Below are positions 9,878-19,475 of a stretch of 64,000 bases of DNA, piece by piece. Numbering within the stretch: the first letter of the stretch is position 1; each line of letters starts with the position of its first letter. Location: positions 48,473-112,472 of the IMG/VR virus record IMGVR_UViG_3300034272_001701. One strand, given 5' to 3'. The position numbers and the translations under genes are program-made. The notes beneath the pieces are model-generated. The model was not told the DNA's origin. It did not search any database and was given only the letters and a program-made list of their open reading frames with translations. This DNA is from a virus.

Positions 9878-11355
9878 GAGTGTACCTTTACACCATATCT
9901 TTGTTCAAATCTGTCTGCATCTGCACGATTGTTTACCATGGGTTCACCTTTGATATTTAAACTGGTATTGAGCAACATAGGGCAGTCCGTTAATACAAAC
10001 CATTTCTCTAATAGTTCCCTAATACCCGAACCATCTCGCGGAACTGTTTGTACTCTACTGGTGCCATCAACATGACAGATAGCAGGAAACAAATCAGGAC
10101 GCCGACAACAAGCGACTGACTGCATATAACGGCTATTAGTCCACCCAGGGCGGAAATCAAAGTACTCAGCAGCCATCTCTTCCAGTACAACAGGGGCAAA
10201 GGGTCTAAATTGTTGTCGTTGTTTAATTGCATTCACCTGATCCTTTATATTTGCGCCACGTGGGTCTGCTAACAAACTTCTATTTCCTAGTGCCCTTGGT
10301 CCAAATTCAGCGCGGCCGCTAGCAACGCCAACAATACCATCAGACAGTAAACCGTCCAATAAGGCGTTAACTGGATATGCACCAGGTATAAGGTGCCCAA
10401 GGTAAGCATCCACCCAACGAAGGCGACCACCATACGCAAGGGCTGCTGCGCCAAGACTCGAACCAGCGTCGCCCGGATTTGGCATGATCCAAATGTTATC
10501 AAAGTATTCTCCTAGGTTTCTATTTGCTAGACAGTTTAATGCAACACCGCCCATGTAAACAAGATTAGTACTCCACTTAAAGTCTCTTGCTCTACGCATT
10601 ACGTTGTAGATTAAATTTTCTGCCACTTGTTGTGCAGCAGTGGCCGTGTCGGCATCTTGGACTTTGTAGATACCAGTATGCCAACCAGTGTGCAAATTTT
10701 CTTTAAAAGTTATTTTCCATTCATTGCTAACCAAATCGTGCTTTAAATGTTCCTTATAACCGTGGTCGCGACCATAAGCTGCCATGCCCATTAAGATATA
10801 TTCATCTTCGTTGGGTTTGAGACCTACTTTTTGTGTCATGGCACTATAAAATAATCCTATGCTGTGGGGATATCGTTGAGTCCATAGTCGCTTGTATTGT
10901 GCTCGGCCACGACTATCGTATTTGGCACCCCATATGCTGATAGTATCCCATTCACCAATGGCATCAATAACTACTACCGTGGCTCTATCATAAGGACTGG
11001 TTTGAAATCCTGCTGCTGCATGACTCTGGTGATGACTGTGTGTGCTATAACTGGGTATGTGTGCGTATCCACCAAATTGTTCTGTCAAAATCTTTTGAGT
11101 GGATAACTTGTTCCACTCAACGCCTTCACCACTGTACAGTCTGCGTAGTTGTTTCTTCCATGGTGTTTCGTAATAAGCAACATGATGTACAGGTGAATAA
11201 TTCATTACATCATCCATTAACGCACGACAGATATTGGCGTCGTTCTTTATTCCGCTATAGCGTTCGCTATGAGCAGCAAACAAGATATCGCCTTGTGTAT
11301 TAATTACCGTGGCAGCGGCATCATGAAATCCAGCCGATATTCCTAATATATTCAT
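9874..11355 (-). CDS. NodU/CmcH-family O-carbamoyltransferase
   Basis: Start MNILGISAGFHDAAA (ATG 11355). Motifs SERYS, HHQSHAAAG, VIDAIGE, GGVALNC, PNPGDAGSSLG, EFGPRALGNRSLLADP, FRPFAP, HVDGTSRVQTV and LLNTSLNIKGEP. Confidence 0.95.
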   Translation of the reverse strand: MNILGISAGFHDAAATVINTQGDILFAAHSERYSGIKNDANICRALMDDVMNYSPVHHVAYYETPWKKQLRRLYSGEGVEWNKLSTQKILTEQFGGYAHIPSYSTHSHHQSHAAAGFQTSPYDRATVVVIDAIGEWDTISIWGAKYDSRGRAQYKRLWTQRYPHSIGLFYSAMTQKVGLKPNEDEYILMGMAAYGRDHGYKEHLKHDLVSNEWKITFKENLHTGWHTGIYKVQDADTATAAQQVAENLIYNVMRRARDFKWSTNLVYMGGVALNCLANRNLGEYFDNIWIMPNPGDAGSSLGAAALAYGGRLRWVDAYLGHLIPGAYPVNALLDGLLSDGIVGVASGRAEFGPRALGNRSLLADPRGANIKDQVNAIKQRQQFRPFAPVVLEEMAAEYFDFRPGWTNSRYMQSVACCRRPDLFPAICHVDGTSRVQTVPRDGSGIRELLEKWFVLTDCPMLLNTSLNIKGEPMVNNRADADRFEQRYGVKVHS

Positions 11356-11974
11356 TAATGTGTTCTGCTGTTCGTTGATGTCCAAGTTCCAAAGGATGTC
11401 CTCTTGGGCCTTTAGGGCATTCACCGACCCAATCAACCATTGCTTGATTAGGCCATCCTATAAAATATTTTTTATCAATTTGATCTATTAGATCGTTGTT
11501 TTTTATATCAGATCTTCTTGTGTCTTGATGATTTCCAAACGCATCGAACATTAGATAAGATTTGTTATGTATTTTTAAAAAAGACTGTAAAAGTATAACA
11601 TTTAATAAGTATTGTCTATACAAGTAATCATCATTATGGTGTCTACTGTAATAGTCTGTTATGTCTGCTCTCCACGAATATTGATGTTTTCCAGGAACAT
11701 TAATTCTTCCTGGCCAAATATCAAATACATCTATTTCATCGGCTATTTCAATTCTATCAAAATGTGTCCATGCAATAATTATTATGTCGTAATTATCAAC
11801 TTGCTCTACTGCTGTCCTTACAATTTGACTGTTTCCCCTTCCGGGGCGTCCTAAGTTTGTTAAATTAGTGTCAAGGGAAACCGATATTAAACTAGGCCAC
11901 GCAGAAATCTCTGAATTTATTAATTCGTCACCATGAGTAAAACTGTCGCCGACCGTTAATAATCTTTTTTTCAT
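11321..11974 (-). CDS. SGNH/GDSL-like hydrolase-fold protein
   Basis: GDSFT, WP, NLGRPGRGN, IIAWT..R and C-terminal HPLELGH. Confidence 0.65.
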   Translation of the reverse strand: MKKRLLTVGDSFTHGDELINSEISAWPSLISVSLDTNLTNLGRPGRGNSQIVRTAVEQVDNYDIIIIAWTHFDRIEIADEIDVFDIWPGRINVPGKHQYSWRADITDYYSRHHNDDYLYRQYLLNVILLQSFLKIHNKSYLMFDAFGNHQDTRRSDIKNNDLIDQIDKKYFIGWPNQAMVDWVGECPKGPRGHPLELGHQRTAEHINEYIRNIGWIS

Positions 11975-12072
11975 TTGTAAATGAAAGGATCTCGTTTACG
12001 AAGTTCGCGTAATTTGCGTCGATATTTAATTTCTAATCGTATTCTATTCCAAATGTTTTTTAACCATGTCAT
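11971..12072 (-). CDS. 33-aa basic peptide MTWLKNIWNRIRLEIKYRRKLRELRKRDPFIYK (SxtK-like ends), below the ORF-track cutoff
   Basis: Translated by hand. It fills the only gap in the operon, with an ATGA overlap to 11974 and an overlap with the stop at 12044. Confidence 0.75.
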   Translation of the reverse strand: MTWLKNIWNRIRLEIKYRRKLRELRKRDPFIYK

Positions 12073-12835
12073 TGAATTTCTCCTGGATTAATTCTGCTGC
12101 GGCCACGTGTGCTTGTTCTAGAGGATGCGTGGCGCCAATTGGGTATTTATTTTCTAATGCCCATTGATAAAATCCTCTAGGATCTGTAGTTTCATTACTT
12201 TTTGTACCAGGCGGAAACCAAAACCAATTTTTATCATCTATTTGAGATAGTAAACTTTTTATATTTTCGTCTGGATTACTTACTGTAAAGTTATATAAAA
12301 TTTTATTATCAACGCAAGTGAACAAATAAGGAACCTGTACATTTGTTAAATAATTTTGCAAATATACAATTTCTTTGAGGCTGGAATACACCTCCCAATA
12401 TTCTCCACTGCCGACATGTTTATAAAATGTTTCTGTGAAATGATAAAGTCCTGTATGTTTGGCTCGATTAAGACTTTTAAAATGGTCATTAATCACGTCG
12501 TCTTTTTTAACCTTGAGTTCTTTTTTAATAGTTTCTGTTTCTTTGGCTGTCCATGGTGTAATTGCACACCATTCTCTGGTTCGTTGGCCGGTATCATACG
12601 CGAATTTAAATTCATATCTACCCGGGAAAGACCAATTCACAAATACAAAAATTTTATTTGGTAAATTTTTGTTTACCTCATTAATTACTCGTCTGGCTAT
12701 TCCGTCATTTCCGATACCGGGCCATGCTACGCATCGATAATTATAATTTTTGCTTATTAATGCAGCGAATGTATTATCCGGGGATTGTAATTCGCTGCCA
12801 TACACAAAACTATCACCGCCGGCTACTATAATCAT
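12044..12835 (-). CDS. SGNH/GDSL-like hydrolase-fold protein
   Basis: GDSFVYG, AWPGIGNDGIAR, VNWSFPGR.E and C-terminal HPLEQAH; paralog of 11321..11974. Confidence 0.65.
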   Translation of the reverse strand: MIIVAGGDSFVYGSELQSPDNTFAALISKNYNYRCVAWPGIGNDGIARRVINEVNKNLPNKIFVFVNWSFPGRYEFKFAYDTGQRTREWCAITPWTAKETETIKKELKVKKDDVINDHFKSLNRAKHTGLYHFTETFYKHVGSGEYWEVYSSLKEIVYLQNYLTNVQVPYLFTCVDNKILYNFTVSNPDENIKSLLSQIDDKNWFWFPPGTKSNETTDPRGFYQWALENKYPIGATHPLEQAHVAAAELIQEKFNDMVKKHLE

Positions 12836-13967
12836 ATCCAGGTTTCATTATATCAATTTGCATCTGTTTGTATTTGTAATCACTCCAGCAATAATCAAAT
12901 GTATTACTGATTCCATCAACTTCAATTTTATAAATGTCAAGATGATTACTTAATATTTGTTGTATTGTTTGTTCGTGTAAGGTTCCAAAACTGAAACTTA
13001 GATTAACTTGTCCTAGCGACAGATATCCTAAACTTAAATTAATATCACCGGGATCTTTGTTGTTGGCTATCAACCAATTATTGAATTTATCAATTTGTGT
13101 GTTGTGCCACTCGTGGGGGCCACCATACATTACACTTTTTCCCCACTCAATATCAAATTCTCCGCTGTAATATTTTAATTCAGTAATAGCTTCGCATACT
13201 GTATCAGTCAATGCCGGAGCACCTTCATCTCTAAATACTTCAAATAGAGTTTTACCAATTTGAGTCCAATGCATGTATACTCCGCCGAATGCTCTGTTAA
13301 ACCCATTAGATAAGAATCCTTCTCTATGTTCGTTGCTTAATTCAATTCTGTCTGCATGAAGAAATGTAGTTATTTGACTGGGTCTTATCCATTCAGGAGC
13401 AGTTGCCTGCTTGCGTTTACTTAAACATAGTGTTTCAATTTCATGGCAAAGGTTATTTAACTGTCTTATTGCATACTTGGTATCGTAATCGGCAAATTTG
13501 TAGTACAGACTCAACTGATCTACTGTACCCTGCAAAATTTCAAAATAATTATGCAACCTATTCATTATGCCATGTTTAATACTCAACCCTAAATTAGATT
13601 CATTCCATCCAATTGGATATTCGTCACCAAACTGCACACTTTCTGGTGTAAAATAATCCTCAATGATACAAGGTTCTAATCCATTATCCTGCCAAATTTT
13701 AGTTCTATTAAAAATATTAATTCTATATATGGCATCATTGAGTTCTTTACATAGATAGTTTAAATTTCTAGGAGTGTGAGGGAATCCCATAAAACAAAAA
13801 TTTTTTTCAATTAATTTGTTTTTAATTAATTCTTGTTTTAGTGCTTGCGCCCAATCTTGTGCTAACTTGGTATCATTTAATTCTATTAGATATTCAAGAG
13901 TATCTTTTTTGTCTAACGGGTTTCTTAATACAACACTAACTGATCGAATTCCACCACTCATATACAT
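12813..13967 (-). CDS. Hypothetical protein in the modification operon
   Basis: 384-aa ORF overlapping both neighbours, with His-containing motifs (NRLHNYFE, NNLCHEIE). No family recognised; exact start uncertain. Confidence 0.7.
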   Translation of the reverse strand: MYMSGGIRSVSVVLRNPLDKKDTLEYLIELNDTKLAQDWAQALKQELIKNKLIEKNFCFMGFPHTPRNLNYLCKELNDAIYRINIFNRTKIWQDNGLEPCIIEDYFTPESVQFGDEYPIGWNESNLGLSIKHGIMNRLHNYFEILQGTVDQLSLYYKFADYDTKYAIRQLNNLCHEIETLCLSKRKQATAPEWIRPSQITTFLHADRIELSNEHREGFLSNGFNRAFGGVYMHWTQIGKTLFEVFRDEGAPALTDTVCEAITELKYYSGEFDIEWGKSVMYGGPHEWHNTQIDKFNNWLIANNKDPGDINLSLGYLSLGQVNLSFSFGTLHEQTIQQILSNHLDIYKIEVDGISNTFDYCWSDYKYKQMQIDIMKPGYDYSSRR

Positions 13968-15231
13968 CTGCTCTCTTTGATAATATTTCGTCCATGGTTG
14001 TTGACTGTGTACGAATAGATTCTAATTTTAACACACGAGCCCGGCCTCGAGCAATACCTGCACGGTACGCCTCTTCACCATATTGCTCTTGAAAGGTAGG
14101 GCGAGTTTTTAGTTGAACTAAGATATCCTTTAACGGACCGGCTACTCCGGCGTTTATGATTTCATCTACCCATGGATCTAAAACGGATCTAGGTAGGGCT
14201 AAAGGTGACATAACTATGTCCGGACTAAAACTAAAGACAACCTTGGCCAGGATGTCAACGCCCAAATCGTCGGCCAACTGCTGCATATTTTTAACTTCAA
14301 ACATACCCGGGAGAGTAAGTGTAAAGTCCAATCTCATTTGCCTTCTGTGCGTTGAGAGGTTAATTCCTTCCTTAAAATTTGTAAGCCATTCCGCAAAATT
14401 GAGGCCTGTTCGGATATACTCTCCAATTGTGCCTGTACCGTCGATGCTGGCACAAATTTGCCAATCGCGGACATGACTAAGTATATCCCTATAAAGATTA
14501 CAACCTCTATAATTAACACGGCTGAGATTAGTATTGTATCTAACATAAACATTTTTTCCATCCCCTAACTCTACTATTCTTTTCATGTACCTCCAATGCT
14601 GTTCATACATTAAAGGTTCACCACCTACCCAGTACACTTCTTCCACACGGTGGTCCTCTACCGCTGCTGCGAACTCGGCTTCAATTTGAGTTGTTTGGAA
14701 ATGTTCAATTTTGTGTTTGATTTCAGGCTTCATCCATGTATTTTTTGGATTAGACCAATCGATCATTTGGTGCTGACGTTGCTCGCTTTCCCACGAGCTA
14801 GACAGCATGTCGCCGCACATACGGCATTTGAAATTGCAGAGATTACTAAATCTGTAATCCCAGCTCACAGGCTTCATGGTCGTGTAGCCCGAAGCGTCAG
14901 TTGTTTCTACTACTTGTTTGTACTTATTACCAAACAGGTTATTAAAATAACTGCGGTAAACACTGGTATTCAACAGTTTATCATTACATACTTCGCACTC
15001 GGGTAATGTTTCGCCGGACAGCATGCGTTTTCGTACGGAGCGCATGTGATCACCGTTCCAATGTTCGTCCAGAGTGATAGGTATATACTTGCCAGAACCG
15101 GCGCTGGTGTCGATATACTGTTGAAAATTTTGTGCAGGCTCTCTGCTGGCACAACACATTCTGCGCTCAGTCTGCGGACTTAGATATGTGTGCGTCCAGG
15201 GTGCCATGCATAGTGTACTAGGTCTATTCAT
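13936..15231 (-). CDS. Radical SAM protein with N-terminal twitch-like domain (type A)
   Basis: N-terminal CMAPW..CC..CEVC, then CNFKCRMC (CxxxCxxC), SSSW, GGEP, YNTN and ASIDG. Confidence 0.9.
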   Translation of the reverse strand: MNRPSTLCMAPWTHTYLSPQTERRMCCASREPAQNFQQYIDTSAGSGKYIPITLDEHWNGDHMRSVRKRMLSGETLPECEVCNDKLLNTSVYRSYFNNLFGNKYKQVVETTDASGYTTMKPVSWDYRFSNLCNFKCRMCGDMLSSSWESEQRQHQMIDWSNPKNTWMKPEIKHKIEHFQTTQIEAEFAAAVEDHRVEEVYWVGGEPLMYEQHWRYMKRIVELGDGKNVYVRYNTNLSRVNYRGCNLYRDILSHVRDWQICASIDGTGTIGEYIRTGLNFAEWLTNFKEGINLSTHRRQMRLDFTLTLPGMFEVKNMQQLADDLGVDILAKVVFSFSPDIVMSPLALPRSVLDPWVDEIINAGVAGPLKDILVQLKTRPTFQEQYGEEAYRAGIARGRARVLKLESIRTQSTTMDEILSKRADVYEWWNSIS

Positions 15232-15898
15232 TTAAATACCTAGTTATTGAATCAAAGATTTGTTGTTTGGTATACATGTAAGGATATAACGATACCTTTG
15301 CAGAATATTGCCCGTTTAATTTTAAATTACTAAAAAACTTTTCTATTATTTCTTGATTACCAATTGGCTCTGATACCAAATTGGTTATTTGAATTTTATT
15401 TTTGATTGCGTTGTTAATATCAGCATCTAAGTTATTAAGGTCGTACCATTGTAAACAGTTATTTACATTAATTTTATCTAAATACAATTTATGTTTTAAA
15501 TCGTATAAAATATTTTTTTTGATATTTTTGTGTACCAACGCACCTAGACGTAGAACATATGCTTCGTCAAAATAATGCAAAATTTGTTCTTCGAGCCAAA
15601 GTCTATTACGCCCATAAGGAAAATTATTTCTTAATACACTGTCGACTGTTCCTAATAGCACAATCTGATCAATTGACGTTCTTCTTAAATTTTCAAAAAG
15701 AAGCCTTATATTATCAAAATCTTTTTCTTTGTTAGCATTTGCTTCTAGTCTGTTTCCACTTGGTGCAGCTACAAATACTTTAGTAAATGATTGTTTAGTT
15801 ATATCTGAAATATTGTAGGAATTAAATTCATGTGTATAATTAATTACCTGCTTTAGATAATTTCCTACAAGACCATTGGACCCTACGATTGCTATCAT
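15224..15898 (-). CDS. Short NAD(P)-dependent epimerase/reductase-like protein
   Basis: VGSNGLVG Rossmann motif, TVD, YGRNR and LRLGAL. Confidence 0.65.
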   Translation of the reverse strand: MIAIVGSNGLVGNYLKQVINYTHEFNSYNISDITKQSFTKVFVAAPSGNRLEANANKEKDFDNIRLLFENLRRTSIDQIVLLGTVDSVLRNNFPYGRNRLWLEEQILHYFDEAYVLRLGALVHKNIKKNILYDLKHKLYLDKINVNNCLQWYDLNNLDADINNAIKNKIQITNLVSEPIGNQEIIEKFFSNLKLNGQYSAKVSLYPYMYTKQQIFDSITRYLNE

Positions 15899-16827
15899 TC
15901 TATAAAATTTAAAATTTCATCTATTATTTCATCTTTGATTTTTTGTTTTATTAACTCTTTGTTGAAAAATCTTTGATGATTATGAGCAAGTTTTTGCTTA
16001 GTAAGCATATCCTCAAAAATATATTTTTTATCGTTAAATTGTTTAGTCAATCTTTCAATTTCTGAAACTACTTTCTCTAATCTTAAATTATCGTCGTCAA
16101 TAATATCATAAGATTCGTCAATTTGATGTCCAAAAGTTTCAAATCCTTGATCCTGGAGATATTTTAATGTTTCTTTAGACCCCCAAACTACAAAAGGATG
16201 TTGATGTGCAAGAGGTTTAAATATTTTTTCTGATACAAATGTTGGGTAGGTAGTAAAAGTTTCAACTACTACACTAAACTCTGTAGCATCGTACCAATTA
16301 GGGTTAAAATATCTTTGCCAATCTCCTTGTGAGTAATCTATGTCGTCATCAATAGTGATTCCCTGTTTAACATAACTGTATAATGCACGATCTAATAGAT
16401 TTTCAAGTTTGGCGTATATTTGGTCTCTATGTTTGCGTTTTAAGTGCATGAGCATTAAAAACGAATGTGTATGTTTTTTATTAGGAACATAACGATGATA
16501 TCCTAGATACTGATACCACAAGCTTTCATTATACCAAAGCCAATTTTTATTTCTAAGTATTAACCTATCTGTAATTTCGCTAGTTTTAGAAATGTCATTA
16601 TCCCAAAAATGATCTACTATTAATTTATAACCTTTGTCTACATATGGTTGATACCACGTTGCGCCGGGGTTAAAAAAATTAGTAATACAAACTGTGTCTG
16701 CTGCAGAATGGTTGCAGTTATGTTCATGGTAAATCAAGTTAAAATGATCACTGATTATGTCTACGATCCAGTCAGAGCAAAAACTATTGAGATCAAACTC
16801 AGAGACTAGTAAATTAATCTTTGCCAT
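15895..16827 (-). CDS. Putative glycosyltransferase (TEKIFKP family)
   Basis: SVVVET..FVSEKIFKPL..HPFVVWG..LKYLQDQGFETF..IDESYD; paralog of 7375..8514. Confidence 0.5.
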   Translation of the reverse strand: MAKINLLVSEFDLNSFCSDWIVDIISDHFNLIYHEHNCNHSAADTVCITNFFNPGATWYQPYVDKGYKLIVDHFWDNDISKTSEITDRLILRNKNWLWYNESLWYQYLGYHRYVPNKKHTHSFLMLMHLKRKHRDQIYAKLENLLDRALYSYVKQGITIDDDIDYSQGDWQRYFNPNWYDATEFSVVVETFTTYPTFVSEKIFKPLAHQHPFVVWGSKETLKYLQDQGFETFGHQIDESYDIIDDDNLRLEKVVSEIERLTKQFNDKKYIFEDMLTKQKLAHNHQRFFNKELIKQKIKDEIIDEILNFIE

Positions 16828-18028
16828 ATCCCATTACCACGGCTATTTCGGAATGAGATTCTAAAAAACTTTGCTTGCGATAGTGATCAGTTTGTTTCAT
16901 TTTAAATAAAAATTCTTCACCGCTAGATCCCTGACCTTGTTCGATAAATTTAATAATACGTAAAATTTCTGCACGATGCTTGGGGGTGAATGATCCTGAC
17001 TGTAATTTTTCTATTACAATCTTTTTTGCTTCCGGAGTCAAACTGTCTATACACATGTGCTTGGGATCATGAAGCATATTAAAATAGTGATCGTTGAATG
17101 TTTGTGTATTGATCCAATTGCATAACTCTTCTAGGTAGTAAACATTTTGTATGTTAACAGTCATGCACACCTGAGTGGTAATTTTTGCAGGATTTTGATC
17201 ACGTAATTCATGAAACTTGCGTATGTTTTCTGTGACCTCTGCCCAATGAGCACCATAGCGTTCGTATTCAAAACGTTTATCTATGTTGTCAATACTAAAT
17301 GCAATATCTACACGTTTGAAATGTTTCCACAATTCGTGTGCATCTGGCCATTGGGTTCCATTGGTATTATAATGTATATCAATGTTCTTTGCATAGCCTT
17401 GATCGACCGCATACTGTAATAGATCAAAATGCTCTTGAATCATAAACGGCTCGCCACCAGTAAACTCAAAATATTTGATATTGGGTAGCAATTCGCGTAG
17501 ATTATCCCAGAACGTTTGTGTTTTACGTGGCCAGGCACCCTGTTGTAGAAACTTGTATGCCAGATGTTCTTTTTTATTTGTTAGTTCCGGAATATAATCA
17601 ATTTCTTCTTGCGCCCAACGACTGCTGGACCAAGAGCCGCAAATGCGGCATTTGAGATTACAAATGTTTCCTAATTTTAAGTCCACAAACCAAAGCTGAT
17701 CTGGAGTATCATTTGTGTAATCAACCTTGTCTACTAATTCTTTTAATCTGATTTTACTGAATATGCGTTTGCTTGCACGACCTGCGTCTTCTTCTTGCCA
17801 ACAACGGTTGCAGGTGCTGGGCTTCTCGCCATTGCGAAATTGCTGACGTAAATTCTGCATGTATGTGCTGTTGTATATTGTCTGCAGGTCTGTTTCGTTG
17901 AGATCATATTTACGACCTGTGTTGTCGGTGATCTCGTCAACTGCCAAACAACACGGTCTAGCAGTTCCAATTGGACTAGTTTCGATACTGATCCAAGGAA
18001 GCATACATATTGTTTTAGGAAGACTCAT
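16814..18028 (-). CDS. Radical SAM protein with N-terminal twitch-like domain (type A)
   Basis: CMLPW..PCC..CNRC, CNLKCRIC, SSRW, GGEP, YNTNG and FSID. Confidence 0.9.
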   Translation of the reverse strand: MSLPKTICMLPWISIETSPIGTARPCCLAVDEITDNTGRKYDLNETDLQTIYNSTYMQNLRQQFRNGEKPSTCNRCWQEEDAGRASKRIFSKIRLKELVDKVDYTNDTPDQLWFVDLKLGNICNLKCRICGSWSSSRWAQEEIDYIPELTNKKEHLAYKFLQQGAWPRKTQTFWDNLRELLPNIKYFEFTGGEPFMIQEHFDLLQYAVDQGYAKNIDIHYNTNGTQWPDAHELWKHFKRVDIAFSIDNIDKRFEYERYGAHWAEVTENIRKFHELRDQNPAKITTQVCMTVNIQNVYYLEELCNWINTQTFNDHYFNMLHDPKHMCIDSLTPEAKKIVIEKLQSGSFTPKHRAEILRIIKFIEQGQGSSGEEFLFKMKQTDHYRKQSFLESHSEIAVVMGYGKD

Positions 18029-19475
18029 TTAATACTCGCAGCTCTGTAAAAGTTTCCCAAAAATTTTCTTTCCGCACATCATCTAATTTTTTAATTTCTT
18101 CTTTGAATCGAGGAAACAAATGACTATTATTTGTACTCTGAACAAACTTTAACACGCTCTTAAATCCATTGGTTGCTCTTTTCAAACTATCTAATGGCTC
18201 AATCCATTCTATATGTTTTTCGTATGCCGGTATAATTACTTCTTTCTTGAACCACTCTGGAAAAATATCAGCTCTATACCATTCTGGGCTTAAACACAGA
18301 TTGATATTCACATCACCTGGTCTGATTAATCCCAGTTCAACCCACTCTCTATGAAAGTCTAATACGTGCAAGATATTCATAGCACTGACTGTAGGGTTAA
18401 TATGAAAGTCAACATGTGGCACTTCTTTTTTCATTGCCAATCTATTTTCAATTGCTTGTTCCCAAACAGTTCCTTTACGTATTAATTCTGCACGGGCGCC
18501 GCTGGCATCTAAACTTGCCCCTAGGCTCACACTCTTAAATTGTTTCCAATAATCAAAAACATGTTTGTCTTTAAATCTTAATTCGCTAAAATTAGAATTA
18601 TATAACAATCTAACATCTGTTTTGCCGTGTTCAATCAATTTCTCTAACATGAAATAATGTTCTTTCATAATTAGAGGTTCGCCGCCAGCAAAATAAACTT
18701 GCTCAAGATAAGGAATATGAGGGATCATCTGCTCAAGCATGGCATCTTCGTCACCTGCGGTATATTCAACCCTAAGCATCTCACGGCCTAATACATCAGG
18801 CTTACGATTATACAATTTAACATGATCGTTATACCAATTACTGCTAAAAATAGGTCCGCATGATCGACAACTAAAATTACAAAGATTACTGAATCGAACA
18901 TCCCAATATCTTAATTTAAATTCAGGATGAGTGCCGTCCTCTAGTGTAAGATCTGTTTCTTCAATATTATGGCCGTAGTTTCTATTAGCATCATTACGCA
19001 TACTAAAGAATCCGTTTTTTTCGTGTTCGTAACACTTAGTGCATTCAACTGATTCTTTGTCGTTGAGCATGTTGATACGAATTTTTTTATATGATTCTTG
19101 ATTCCATATTTCTTGCATTGTGTTCTTACGCATATCTCCAACTGGGTGCCAGTAATCTCCTAGACAGCATGGATACGCACGACCATCCGGGAACGCATGA
19201 AAATGCACCCACGGTAACATACAAAACGTTTTACTTTTTGTAAGTTTATGTAATTGATCTTGTGTGAATTGTTTGTCATCTGCATACATTGGCATCAATG
19301 ACAAATAATCGTATTCTTTTTTAAATATATATTCTGATTTTTTTTCTAATTCTAACAATTCTTTTTTAATCTCTGGCTTTTTAATTTTCACATCAGCTAT
19401 ATAATCATCGTAACTAGGCCAATCGGCGCCAGCAAATTTTTCATAAAAATCTCGTTGCAATTTGTTATTCTTCAT
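18015..19475 (-). CDS. Radical SAM protein with N-terminal twitch-like domain (type A) and an ~80-aa N-terminal extension
   Basis: CMLPW..PCC..CTKC, CNFSCRSC, SSNW, GGEP, YNSN and ASLDA. Confidence 0.9.
   Translation of the reverse strand: MKNNKLQRDFYEKFAGADWPSYDDYIADVKIKKPEIKKELLELEKKSEYIFKKEYDYLSLMPMYADDKQFTQDQLHKLTKSKTFCMLPWVHFHAFPDGRAYPCCLGDYWHPVGDMRKNTMQEIWNQESYKKIRINMLNDKESVECTKCYEHEKNGFFSMRNDANRNYGHNIEETDLTLEDGTHPEFKLRYWDVRFSNLCNFSCRSCGPIFSSNWYNDHVKLYNRKPDVLGREMLRVEYTAGDEDAMLEQMIPHIPYLEQVYFAGGEPLIMKEHYFMLEKLIEHGKTDVRLLYNSNFSELRFKDKHVFDYWKQFKSVSLGASLDASGARAELIRKGTVWEQAIENRLAMKKEVPHVDFHINPTVSAMNILHVLDFHREWVELGLIRPGDVNINLCLSPEWYRADIFPEWFKKEVIIPAYEKHIEWIEPLDSLKRATNGFKSVLKFVQSTNNSHLFPRFKEEIKKLDDVRKENFWETFTELRVLNESS

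Noticed and set aside
8459-12835. Saxitoxin-like cluster (carbamoyltransferase, SxtK-like peptide, GDSL, APS kinase, deaminase, dioxygenase)
   Set aside because: No SxtA PKS-like enzyme or amidinotransferase, and the deaminase is a typical dCMP deaminase. Only a generic carbamoylation module is shared.
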